Part shown: piece after piece, positions 26,876 to 40,100 of the stretch
Numbering within the stretch: the stretch's first letter is position 1
Layout: every line of letters starts with the position of its first letter
Assembly: GCF_002571385.2 (NCBI RefSeq)
Contig: NW_019217784.1
Coordinates: 304,529 to 368,528, forward strand
DNA from: Stylophora pistillata
Taxonomy: Eukaryota
Direction of reading: 5' to 3'
DNA: 64,000 nt
Notes under the pieces: generated by a model
Told to the model about the DNA's origin: nothing
The model's input: the letters and a program-made list of their open reading frames with translations, nothing else
Database searches by the model: none
Position numbers and translations under genes: made by a program

Positions 26876-27005
26876 TCTATAACCACAGTTCAAAATATAT
26901 GAACTTCATATATTCATATTATTAATGTCAATTAATCTATTCCCTATTACAATGTCACTGATGGATGATTTTCTGGAGTTTGTGTGGCCATGTTAATTCC
27001 CAACA

Positions 27006-28487
27006 TCATCTGGTTATTGGAACATTTTTAAACACAATTGGCTTTGGTCTGGTCTTGAAGATAATTTTCTTCTTTACTAAAGCACACACATCATAGTGTG
27101 TTTCACCTTCCTTATTGTTTTCATCCTCATTGCTTGTTTTCTTTTGTAGCACAGCATATGGTTTGTCTAATTCAACAACCTTACCAGTGAGAAGTTGGTG
27201 ACCAATGATAAGCATGGGTGTTCCCTATGAAAAGTCAATAAGAGGTTTCCATGAATCCTTCACTTATCATATCTCCTCAAATAGGCACCCCCTTATAATA
27301 AGTGCTTCCCTCCTGTAGCCAACCCAGTCATAATTTATTTTTTTATCTCCTTAACTCTCAAAATCTGAATTTTGGGGAATAGCAGCTAGTGCAGTGGTGA
27401 GAGCACTCACCTCCCACCATTGTGGCCTAAGTTCAATTCCTGGACCTAGCATCATATGTGGGTTGAGTTTGTTGTTGGTTCTAATCCTTGCTCAGAGGAT
27501 TTTTCTCTGAGTCCTCCAGTTTTCCTCCCTCCACAACAAACAACATTCCAATTTCCAATTATTTATTGTTAATTCTCCCATTTAGCTGCCACGCATTCCC
27601 TTGTATATTAGTTACAAGAATTTGGTGTTAGATCTTGATAACTTCTATGTGATACCTCTGATTGTTCTCATTACCTGTTAACTGGATAGTGTATGGACAT
27701 TATAGGGAGAAGTTACTGGTGAATCACCTCTGGAAGTTAAAGGGTTACTGGTAAATGTGACAGCTTTCCCAGAATGTAAGTTTTTATATACCCGTTATCA
27801 TTGGTTTTAAAAACAGTGACAATTATATTCATTGAAGCTAATATTCTACAGTGAGTATAGTTCAATCGAAAAGTTTGCAGAATTTCATGAGGTCCCTCAT
27901 TTATAGGTGCAAAAAAAGTATAACGTTCTCCCCACCCCTCCCTCCCCGTATAATAAATGACCGTCCCCTAAGCTGTAAGGGGGAAATCAGTGTAATGATT
28001 TTATTACGCTTTCACTCTCATAATGTCTCACTTACCCTTCCAAAAATAACAGCGCTTACTCTGAAATTCTTAGCAACATTTTTGGGGAAAAAAGGAAAGC
28101 TAAGAGTAGGATTGTAGTGCCAATACATTAAGACAAAGCCGCTAAGATAAACAAACTAATGCATGAACGAACGAACGTCATATCACGTTGCACCAACCTT
28201 TCCATCGAAATGCAAGTCACCGATAGCTTTCCCTTCTAAACTAACTTCTTCTTTTGCCTCTAAAGTTCCTTGAAGTTCGATTATTGTCCAGTTATCCACA
28301 CCAGGGGACCTGTATGAAACACTTCCCGTTAGTTAATGTTCAATGCAGTTAAAAAGAACGGTCAATCAACCACTGTTTACAACATGAACTCTGATCATCG
28401 CTGCAAATACAAATTTGTTAAACGGAAAACCCTTCGATCGAAGAAAGGAATACACTAAACTTACATAGATATCAGTATTTGGACCAT
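27006..28487 (-). CDS. CHTF8: Chromosome transmission fidelity protein 8 (CTF18-RFC clamp loader subunit)
   Basis: Three exons: 28487-28465 (MVQILISM), 28309-28198 (WTIIELQGTLE...IGDLHFDGK), 27224-27006 (GTPMLIIGHQLLTGKVVELDKPYAVL...KIIFKTRPKPIV). Diagnostic Ctf8 motifs; GT-AG introns. Confidence 0.95.
27373..27560 (+). mobile_element. tRNA-derived SINE fragment inserted into a MITE
   Basis: agtgcagtggtgagagcactcacctcccacc...agttcaattcctgg (A/B boxes) followed by atgtgggttgagtttgttgttggttct. The flanks ttaactctcaaaatctga / ttgttaattctccc...gttaaagggtta are the two halves of the ~200 bp MITE. Confidence 0.78.
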
Positions 28488-29159
28488 CCTTTGTGTATTT
28501 TGCGGCACAATCTCTCAAAAACGTTTCAATCTTACGGCAAGATAAATTTCCCGCGAAAAGTTAACAACGTATCCTTATTTGAGTTACCGCTGATTAAGTC
28601 CTTAGTCCTGCGGTAGCAAATTGACTTCCCCTATCTTTGAAAGTTTTCTTGTCAAGAAAAAGAGGAATTCAATCCTTTTTTTCTCGTAAAAATAAATCCA
28701 TCACATAATAGAGCTCTTTTCAATTTTTTCACGGATTATATCAATTAGTCTTTAAGTACCATTTAAACACCTTTAAGTTTAGTAGGGCAAGCCAACTGTA
28801 GCAATATTCAATACTAAAATTCAATGAAATTCAATGAAATTCAATTTCAATTCAATTGCCATAGGGCAGCACTGAAACTTAAAGATGAAAAATATTTTTC
28901 TCGTCATCTCAATATATTTGCGGTCATTTTAAAGGCAATTGAAACCAAAATTTTTCGGGGGAGTACGCTTGGGACTTCGCCCAATCACCCCACACCCCCT
29001 TTTGTTGGCTTCACCCTCACGAATTCTTTTCAATCCCCCCCCCCCTTTACCTCTCCACTTGAAAACTTGCAATCAGGGATCTGTTGTAAGGGTTATCTTT
29101 TTCCATTTGATGGGGAGAAAATTCCTGGGCAGACTTTCTGAATTAAAGGCGAGATACAT

Positions 29160-29460
29160 CACACATACATACATACATATCCTTTATTTAATCTCGAATT
29201 TGGAGTAGCTTAAGGATAAGATAGTATCTTCGAGTTACAAGTATAATTCTAAATACTACTAAAATGTAAAATGCAAAATTTTAACATTCTAAAATTTAAC
29301 TATGAGAAAGAGTCATACTGTAGAATCTTGCGCTTGAAATCAGAAAAGTCAGACGTTCTAAAAGACTCCGGAAGAGAGTTCCATAGTTTTGAAGCCATAT
29401 ATGAAAACGAGTGAAGACCATAAGTAGTAGTTTTTGTAGACGGTAGAGATGAAATATAAT
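29160..29460 (-). mobile_element. 5'-truncated LINE (CR1/L2-like) 3' end
   Basis: Minus strand encodes SLPSTKTTTYGLHSFSYMASKLWNSLPESFRTSDFSDFKRKI, a typical RT-ORF C-terminus, followed by a 3'UTR, aataaa and a (TGTA)n tail. Confidence 0.8.
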
Positions 29461-30838
29461 GAAAGTCCAAAATAGCTGAATTTCTTCAGTCAACTCTTTG
29501 CCGGCTGGAAATTTCAACACTTAAATATCTGGAGTGTTATCAGATGTTCTTAGTAAATTAACCAAGATACGGAGAACTCTCTTTTTCCAATTATTACAGC
29601 AGTTTTTGCATGTTGAGGCACGGAGAATTTTTCGATTGGTGCTTTGATTGTACAGAGCAGCCACTTCCGCGGCCTATGCCAATATATATGCGTAGCATTG
29701 AAGAACAGGATTTAAACAGATTGAAAATAAGCGAGGCAGGAGAACGAGTTTATTCAAGTATTCAGAAAACATCGAAACAAATTTTTATTTTCGATTTTGC
29801 CCGACTAAAAATATCCTCATTGTTCTTAATAATGATGAGGTGAGCGATTGCCCAAATCATTTATCGCCTGGCCGTAAACAGTCGAGATGAACCTATCGCC
29901 CATCTAGTGTCACTTTGATTCCTTGCAGATAAAAACATTTCAGATCTATTGTGATAACACTAAGTGCAGTTACAATATTAACCTAGTTCTTACGTCAAAC
30001 GGTGCTAAAATCCATCTTAAAAGAGTTAAGGTTCTTGAAGTTTGAAAAACAAAACTCAATATTGTTATTAAAGGCAACGCAATGAATTCTAGATGTTTTT
30101 GAAAAGTGTGCGTTTTTTATTTATCAGTTAGCAGGTTGAAACCTAACTATGACCTTGCAGTTCTTAGAAGTAATACAAAGCGCATGTTAACCTAACTGTC
30201 AATGTGTTCTTACTTTTCGTAGCACCTGGCCAAGCATTGTTAAAACAGTAAAAAACTGTTGTTATTTAAATCGCTAAGTTTGTAATCTGAAAATTTCTTA
30301 ATTCGTTGAAAAACGCACTGTCACAGCGTGTGGTTGACAAGTACTTAATGCTACAAGCTTTGTTTGGAATTCAATTAAACAAACTTCGGTTGTTTACTTG
30401 AAATTCGTGTTGTTTGCCGAAGTAATGCCGAAAAAAGAAAGCTATCGAGACCACATCGAAGTGTGTGAAGACCAGCTAAGAATCTAAAGAGGAATCTCGT
30501 AGGTTACAGAGGATTAAACTACAGATATGACATTGTCAAGGTTGGAAAAATCGAAACAGCTGTCCGTGAAGAAATAGCGCTTTCCCATTGGTTTTCAAGT
30601 AGCTTCAAAATTAATTGACACTCGTTCAAAAACCAATCAAGCCCAACAATAATCTCGGCGCTTTTCCCTGCGTCGACGACAAATAGATAATTTCGTATGT
30701 AAACTTTCACAAGACGCTTTGACTAGAATATTCACTGTTTACAACAGCTGAAATAATCGGCAGGTAAGATACCTGAGAAGAAACAAGGGGACCCGCGCGT
30801 GCACGCAGCGATTAACAGCAGTCTCCATCTTATCGGCG

Positions 30839-30874
30839 CAATCTACTCCTTTATACACATAAAGGAGTAGATTG
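30839..30874. promoter_or_regulatory. Perfect 16 bp inverted repeat ~245 bp upstream of the cadherin ATG (function unknown)
   Basis: caatctactcctttat-acac-ataaaggagtagattg. Confidence 0.45.
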
Positions 30875-31117
30875 AAAGTGTTTAAAACGACGCGTCAGAT
30901 CAGGTACATAAATCGGAGATGTTTCATTCGCTAAAATGCGCGTGATTCAATTGGAAGACTTGGAAATCATACACAAGTTTAAAGTCAACGCGCAATCCTC
31001 GCGGCAACAGTGTGCGAACTGATATTAAGATTTCATGAAGAAAACTTTTTTTGTCGAGCTTGCGGCTGGACTAATATTTTTCGTTCACGCGGTAAATCCC
31101 CGTTGTCTGAGGAGACT

Positions 31118-34100
31118 ATGAGACGAAAAAGGATATCACCATGTGTACGCTTCCCGACAATTACTCATCTATTGGTAGGTTTTATTTGTATTACCTTCTT
31201 CGTCCGGAATTCAACATCGCTTGAAACTGTTGAAGTGTACGAAGGTTTGCCGCCTGGCAGTGCAGTTTTAAAATTGAAACGCAAACCGGGCATCGTTTAC
31301 TCTCTTCATCGAGATTCCTCCACCGCTGACGGTTTAGGGTTGTTTTACATAGACTCAAAGGGAGTGCTTACTTCTAAAGTAACATTGGATTATGAAGACG
31401 AGCGCGGAAATGAATTCGATTTACTGGTAATTTCGCGGGAAATCTCAAAAACAGAAGTTGGATTTGGAAGTATCGTACGCGTTCGAATACTCGATCGTAA
31501 CGATAACCCACCCAAGTTTCCAAACGAGTTGTACTCTTGTTCCCTGTTGGAAAATAGTCGAACTGGAACTTATGTACAGGGTCTTGAAAGTGTTTTTGCC
31601 AGTGACTTGGATAGTGGTAAAAACTCTGTTCGAAAGTATAGCATCGTGGGTGGAAATGAGGCGGGAAAGTTTGATGTTGACGTCGAGGAGCTAAATGGTG
31701 TGAAGTTTTTGCGTCTCAAAACGAAAGCGCTTATTGATAGAGAAGAAACCCCGTTCTTCGTGTTAACCGTCAAGGTGGAAGACGGAGGAATTCCTTCACT
31801 CTCAAGTACCACTCAGATACGAGTCAACATTCTTGACGAAAATGATCAGATACCGACATTTAAGCCACCGATTTATTCTGTTGCTGTCAGCGAGAACGTA
31901 CCTATTGGCACTTCCGTAGTACAGGTGAAAGCTTTTGATGGCGACGTAGGAACAAACGCTGAAATTTATTATTACTTCAAACCCGAACACGAGTTTTTTA
32001 CCGTGGATGCTCATACGGGAGTTGTGGAGACAGCTTGCGAACTAAATTTCCAGAAAGGAAATTCATTCGATCTCAGAGTGCATGCGGTAGATCGAGGAAA
32101 AACTCCTCGACAAACAGAAACTATTGTACGAATTCGCCTTGTCGATATAGAAAGCTACCCCCCTTTGCTTGGAGCTAATTCTGCTGAATCGGCACCACCT
32201 GTCTTTCGAAAACACACATATTTCGTGAGAATAAGAGAGGATTTTCCGGTTGGTGGTGCAGTAGTCCGCGTGAATGCCCATCAGGGAGGCCATCCACTGC
32301 ACTATGAGAGAGCGTGGCGGTATATTATTGTTAACAATCCTGCTATAATTTTCCACATTAATCCTCGAAGCGGGGTCATTACTCTTCGTGAACCTTTAGA
32401 GTTTGAAAATCACACTTCATTTTCGCTTGTAGTTAAAGCACAAGATGAACAGTCTAAAGATTTGTACGAATCAGACGCCCGAGTTGAGATAGTAATTCAA
32501 GATGTTCATGAGAATTATTTCGCGCCAATTTTCTCTCGTTCGATTGAGGTGGTATCAATCTCGGAGAATTCAGGAAAAAGTACCGTCGTTTCAACGTTTT
32601 CAGCTTCTGACGCTGATTATGGTAGCAATGGAGCAATTGCCTATAGTGTATTCGGAGGTTCAGGACTGGGTAAATTTAAAATTGATGAAAACTCTGGACA
32701 AGTACGATCGATCGTTCGTTTTAACAATGAAATGGAGTCACAGTTTGACTTGCACGTGCGGGCAAGCGACCGCTCAAAACAACCGCTTTATTCCAATGCC
32801 TACTTATTAATCAGACTGCAGAATGGAGGAAAGAAAAGGCCATTTTTCCACAGTCCACGACAGCTTGTCAGTGTTCGCGAAAACAGCGCAAAGGGGACTT
32901 TTGTTGCTCTCGTCAGAGCCAAAATGCGAACGCAGAGATCGAACGATAAGAGACTTTTGGAGTATTTCGTTTCTAACGGGAACGAGGGCGGCAGGTTTTC
33001 GTTGAATTCCACTTCAGGTAGGAGTGTATTTATGTTTTAATTAAACGTCGCTGTGAATGTACAAACAAACAAAGTCTGGAGAAAGTTTGAAGTCTTGATT
33101 CGCATGTGTGGTTTAATACACTTTGCAACCGAGCTACGATAGTTTCCAAAGTCGCCATTAGCTAATTAGGCGTTTGATGGATGAAATATGCATGTATTTT
33201 ACAACGAATTTTCCTTTTAAACCGTAAATGGTATTTTTATACATTATTTACACTCTAGAAATCACAATTTGCGACTTTTCATCACTTGCACCTAAGAACT
33301 TAAAAGAAAATTAATTATCGAAAGGAGACGTGTCAACGCTAAATGCCGCCGGGCAGAAAACAAAATGTTCATGGTATATTTCTGTAAAAATTACAGTCCA
33401 GTTCCGATTACGTTCTCAGCGATCAATCATTCTTCCCCCTGCATGAAAACACCGTAACCGCGAAGGGAAAATAACACTTTCTTTGAATTGTAGAACAATA
33501 GCGTGCTTGTGCGGCAAGATGTTGAATCTTAAGATAAACATTTTATTTAAAAATGGCAAATTGACAGGTGGAGCTGCAGGTTGAAAAACATTTTAGTTCG
33601 AAAACATTTTTTCACTGATTTATTATTTAAAATTCGGCTTGTTATCCCAAAGCAAATTGAGAGCAAAGCCTTATTAAAGAGCTGGAAAATGCAAATTTGC
33701 ATTGGAAGATCTAGAATATCAGGTTCGAATCTGAAAGCTATTAATCAACTATCGTCTTAAACTGGGCTGTTGCTGATAAAGTTGGTTTGAACCTGTGGGC
33801 AATGAATAATATCAGAATGAATTTTTTAACGAATTGATCATCTTTGTGTGGAATATTGTTAGTCAGAGAACATTACAAGAATTCATCATTGCTGTCAATT
33901 TTAGATGGTTGTCTAAAGGTTTGATTAATAAAAGAAACACCCCTTTTTCATTTCCTTTCATTATGGTCTTTATGCCATTATTAAATTATGGAGATGAGTG
34001 AGATAAGTGAAGTTCACTTTGTTCTATTGGCTGACTTATCAGTCTGGCACGTTTTTGTATTCAATTTGATCTTGACAAAAACATTTACTAAGCAACATTT

Positions 34101-37100
34101 AATAACTGCATCATCTATGCAGTAGAAAATGCTCAGGAATGGACATAAACTGGCCAAAAACTACATGTACATATACGAGAAGGAAAGCAAATGTTACAAT
34201 TTGAGAGCAATTTTTTTTCAATTATATTCTAGAAGTGCAGCCATCCATACATAAATGATATTTCCAAAGGAAGGAAAAATGCTCATAAAACATTTATATG
34301 AAAACTAATTATTTCAGAATTAAAAATTGCCATATTGCTGTGACCATATCTAAAAGGAATTCTTTTAATCTAAAATGTGATTGCCGGAAAAGGGTATAGT
34401 CAGTTGTAATGGTCATACTGACGTTGTTGTACTAATTTCAAGCAATAAATGCAAGAAAATATTATTACTGATAATAAACTCTGGCAGATAAATTCTGAAT
34501 TGGTAATCTTAGATATGATCTAGTCTGTTCTTTTAAATAAAACAAAATTGGAAAAATAATTTTCATAAGCTGCAGTACTTTGACTTTATTTTTTAGAATT
34601 TATATTTTCTGTGTCAAGATGTAATTGATCATTTTTGGTTAGATGGTCAATAACTGTATATTTTTGTGGAATGCTATTCCTAGTTATTATCTTTTCATCA
34701 ACAGCAAATGTTTATATAAATAATATGGAGAACTATTCAATGTTGAGCAGGTCATGTCCATCAAATTTCATATCTTTTTCCTTTTTTCCCTGTTGTCTTA
34801 CTCAAGGGGAATTATTGATATTTCAATTACTCAAACTGCAACATATTTTGTACATACTTGATGTAATTTCTTGAGAGGGTCATTGAACACCCTGACCATG
34901 CTAAACAATCTACTTAGTCTTCCTAGGGGGGGCTAATTGATCTCCATGACTTCCAAACAGAATAATGATGGGGGGGGAAGTGCATTATATGGTAAACAAT
35001 ATAATGAGTCTCTGAAGGGGCTTTATGATTTCCAGGACTTCTAAGAAGTGACAGGGTGGGGGTGGGGGAAAGAGTGTTTCCTGTAGTAAACATTCTACTG
35101 AGTCTTCCAGGCTTCATATTGATTTCCAGGACTTTTCATCAGTGATGAGATTGTTGTTGGGGGGGGGGGGGGGGGAGAGGGGATTTATCATGGTAAACAC
35201 CCCATCTTCGGGGTTTGCAAAGAGATTTTCAGGATTTCTAAATGGTGTGGGGTGAGGAGAGTATTTTAGAATCTCTGCTAGGAAATTAACTCATTTTCAT
35301 TTCTTGCTTAATGTTTCAGAGCTTAAATGTGAGGTGCTTTTGGCCAAGCTATTTGTACTCTTAAATTATAATATTTTGATAGTTGCTCTGAATGTTCTAA
35401 TTTGGAGTGGTTGTTTAGAATTGCAGAATCTATATTTCAGTGATTTTTGCCAGTTAATATAAATGTCTACCTCAACACTACTTCTCATATCTTTTTTTAA
35501 AATTGTTTATTTTTAGGAATAATTTCAACTGCTGGCCAGCTTGATCGTGAAAGTAAAGATCTGTATATTCTTGATATTTATGCACATATTAAGGGTGCTC
35601 CATTATCAATGAGCTCCCCTGTTCAAGTTGTCGTCACAGTTTCTGATGAGAATGATAACAGTCCATCATTTGAAAAAAACAACTACCAGGTAAGAGCTTA
35701 AAACTCTTTATCTCGGTTGAGTGACCAAGGCAGAATTTCTCCTTACATAATCAATACAATATCAAACAGACAAGTGATAGAATAAATAATAATGTCATTA
35801 AGGGTATTATTAGTTGATCCAATATCAAATTCTCTAAACTAACATAAGAAATGAATGGCAGATTGTGTGGAGAATTACTTAGATCTGGGAGTGAAATAAA
35901 GAAATAATAATCCAATACTGATACCCCTTATTTCTGCCTAAAATCACTGGGGATTCTTGAAATATTAACAGGTAATGGGAATTACTCTACTGGTTTGAAA
36001 CATCCAGCTTTTACCTTTCATACTCAAAATAAGGGGAAAAATTAGATGAGACAGTAATATTGTTACACACTCAAATCAAACCAGAAAACATTTTACTAAA
36101 GCACAAGCTCCATACTTTTAGAATACTCCTCAAGCACATGGTTTTCTCTCATTTAATTCCCAACATACATTGTGGTTCTTGGGCTTGCAGTCACACACTC
36201 AACATGACATGTCAAGCACCCTACAAAATTGTAGTAAAACCACGCTAGAGTAAATGAGATGCTGGAAGACATGTGACATAGTTACCTGACATGTTTTTGA
36301 TGCGTTTCTCTACCTGGTGAATTTTTCTCAGAGATTTGGACTTATTGACCACAAACTAGAAATGTCTGGATATTCTTTTACAAAAACAAATATTCATTTT
36401 CTTGTTATAGGTTTTTGTCACAGAAAACATTGGTAATATATCAAATTTGCTATGTCTAGCAGCCTATGATCCTGATGCTGGTAAGAATGGACACCTCACA
36501 TACTCTATAATCTCTGGTAAGGGACCATTTGCCATCGACCCTGTCCTGGGGGTTTTATCAGCCAAAAGATCTCTAGATTATGAGAAACAGTCACAGCATA
36601 GACTAGTTATACAAGCAGCAGACAATGGCATGCCATCGCGGAAGACAACTGTGGAAGTTAACATTGTTGTGGAAGATGCTAATGACGCACCTATATTCTC
36701 TCAGGATCATTATGAAGGTACATTGCATGAACTCATGTTGTTAGAGGTGGATTAATTAGGCGTGCTTTGATTATTTTTTATGTGGTAGCCCCCCTCACCA
36801 CCCCCCCTTTCAAGAAAAAAACACATATATTTATAACCTGTAGGCACCTTAGTACAAAAGAAAAGATTTTTTATGCCTTCCTCCGCTAATGGAGATATTC
36901 ATGCCATTCCCACTCAGTTTTCCTCAGATTAATATTCATGTTCTTACATGTGAAGATCAAGCCCACTGTAGGTACAATTATCATTAACTCTCATTGACTA
37001 AGGGATCAATTATTCATGGTCTTCAAGTAATGTATCTGTACATCCATAGTTGCCACAGGTTAGGAAAAAGTCGCGGAAATAAAACTTTTCAAGATCAGGG

Positions 37101-40100
37101 AAAAGTCAGGGAAAATTCAGGGAATTTCACTTTGAATTTGGGAATGTTTACATCTTTGAAATATTAGTCAGAGAAAAGAGAAAATTCATGTAAGTGTAGA
37201 GTTGTTTATCTTGTCTTGGTCCTCATCATGATGTTACTCAATGATATACATTGTTAAGAGCAGTTTAGAGGGAAAAAATTGTTATTTCAGTCGATCAGGG
37301 AAATTTTATGTTTATCAGGGTAAAGTCAGGGAACTGACATCTGCAAGAAGATATTAATATTTTATAATACACTTAGTGCATGAATCCATGATCAGACAAT
37401 GTAACCCAAGCACTGTATGACTGATTATCATATTCTATTTCATTATGAAATACTTTAAGAGTGATATTAGGATCTCAAGGTGATTTCAGATCTTCAAGTC
37501 ACTTTCAGCAAGATCTGCTTCCATCTTAATTCTTCTTCCTTTTTCCCTTTCACTTTCTTTGTTCAAACTTAAGTCAGGAGAAAGGTTTGATGTTCAACCT
37601 CTGTGATCTTTATATTCCTTATCTTCGATGGAATATGGTTGGCATTTTCTTCCCTTCTCTCTCCTCTTTGTTTCTGGAAGAAAAGAGGAGAAAAGAAAAC
37701 AGTTGACTTTTGATAAGTGTTGACCTATTTGCTATCCCTTATTACTAACATTTTTACCAGCAACGAAAATTTTGAAGGTATTTCAAGCTACAATGTCCAT
37801 GCATGCTGTTTAACACAGAAATACATTAATTTGTTTTCTTTGTTGGTAAACTGTGAAGAATTCTTTATGTGGATTAACATTTCTTGTTGATATTGTGGTC
37901 CAATTTCTAATTCATATAATAAGCTCCGTTTTCTGAAATTGTTTTAATTAATCTACCGGTAATTACATGTGCATTAACGTTTTTCACGTGTGCTTAATTT
38001 TTTCACCCATAAAAACAGAGTGATCTAATTAAGCTAATATCAGTGATGTTACTTTATCCTACATTTAACTTTTTGCATTTGTCTTAAAACACATTTGCTG
38101 GTAAAGTAACTCATGATTGCTCCTCTATAATACAGTAACAGTCTTGGAATCTGCCAAAATTGGAACAGATCTTCTGGCTGTGTTTCTTGTATCTGATGAA
38201 GACGCCGCTGTGAAGGGTAACATTAGCCCACTGTTTTGATTTTCTCTTGGAACTTTATTTTCTGTCTAGACCATTTTCTTCTGCTAAAACGCATTGACTT
38301 AAACAGAACCACATGTTTGAACTGACGTGGAGATACTGCGCTCGTAACATTTACCTTACTGAGCTCTATTGGTACATCTTTGACTAATCAGTTAGTTTTT
38401 GTTGACCTTGACCAGTTATAAAGAAAAACTTTGAGACAACAAATGTTCGCAAAAAAAAAGGAACTCGGGTCGATGGTAAGTGGTTGGTTATGGACGGGAC
38501 TGAGGTACTAATCAGTTCCCAGAACATAATAATCTTGATTGGATCCTTTGCTGGAGAAAAAAAAGGAATATCGTTAAAAGTTAGGTATACCAGAGTGTCT
38601 TGAAATGGAAGGTTCCTTTTCAAAGCATCTTGTAAGCTCAGTGGTTTAGTTTTTGTGAGGTCCGACAATTGTTCCTTTGGTTGCAGCTAGGACTGGAATT
38701 CAGGTAGAAACGGTGGAAGAGATAAGCACAAGCGCACTGGGTGCGAGTCATTTGACTTTCTTCTCTTGTAGAGAGAGACTACGACCATTTTTGCGTAGAG
38801 TCGTATTAAAATGCTACTTTGGAATATGATATGTGGGCATTTGATGGCTTAACGACTGTTGCAGTTGTTTAGTGAGCTCTTGTTCTCCTCTGGGAGGTTG
38901 GTGACTCCGTTTGTGTTGTGGAATTTTCAAAGTTGCTGGATTCGTTTTTGCTGCGGAACTCTTCAGTTGCTTTAGAAACTTGCCCTCGAGAAGTAACCAA
39001 TCATATGCTCCCAATAAAGAACAGCTACATGTCCCATGGTTCCAGTTGTTGGAATGCGCGTTATTTTCCCGCGCTTTTGACTTGTGTGTCCTAATCTTCC
39101 CATGAAGCCGAATCCCTGACGTAAACTGAAAACTTTCACGTCTGAAAACTACGGACATGTGTTGTCTTAGTTGAACAAGGTTTTAATGACCGTACGGTAC
39201 TCGAATGGTTTTCACAACAACTGCAGTGACAATTTATTAAACATTGAAAATGTGCGAGAGTGCATGGAGTGCACGACAGGAATAAGCAGGAAACGGTACG
39301 ATACTGGAGTTACAACTGTTGAAATTTTATTATTTGAACGGTACGGTGTGTATTGTGTTGGTGGAGAATTGAAACTTGCATATCTATAAATATCTAAATT
39401 CAGGCTTGTCAAACCTCTTTGCATGCCCTGTTTAGCTTTAATTTCGTGAGGTAAACTATGGAAGTTATGCATTTAAATATCAAATTTCAATGAACGTGAT
39501 TGCTAAATTTTGTGGTGCCAGTGATTTTAAGATTTATCAGTTTACCAATAGTTGTTGTCTGTGCTGTTAGTTTTCAATGAACGAAGCAAAATTATGACGG
39601 TTCAGATGAACAATAAATGGACTGAAATTTGTATTAAGAAAAAAAGTAAAACCAGTTTGGAGAGTTTTGCCAGCCACTTTTTTAGAAAGTCGGTGCTAAA
39701 AGTTAAAACTATCAACCAACCCTTTACGAAGTTGTATTTGCGAAGTACTTTCAGTTATCCTCCAACACCTGTAACTTTGTTTTTAAAGTTACTTTTATAC
39801 TCATAGCAATATATTGTCACTTTCTCTCGCAGTGACTATATTAGAAAACACAGATGTGGAAGATACTGTAGCTGTGCTAACCACTTCTGATCAGGACCGG
39901 GACAAGAATGGAAAATTCACTTGTAGTATGGAAAACATGGACCTGGAGACCATGGACACGTTTCAAGTTAGAAGAACGCCCGAAGGCTGTGCTCTGGTTC
40001 TCACTGGCTACTTGGACTGGTACCGTGCAAACCAGTATTCCTTCTCGGTCCGCGCCACTGACAGTGCCGAGAGCGTGCAAAGGAAGTCTGTCACTGCTAA

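Noticed and set aside
38590-38668. ALMS-motif-like peptide (KPLSLQDALKRNLP) on the minus strand
   Set aside because: The resemblance is short and the rest of the motif is not found downstream.
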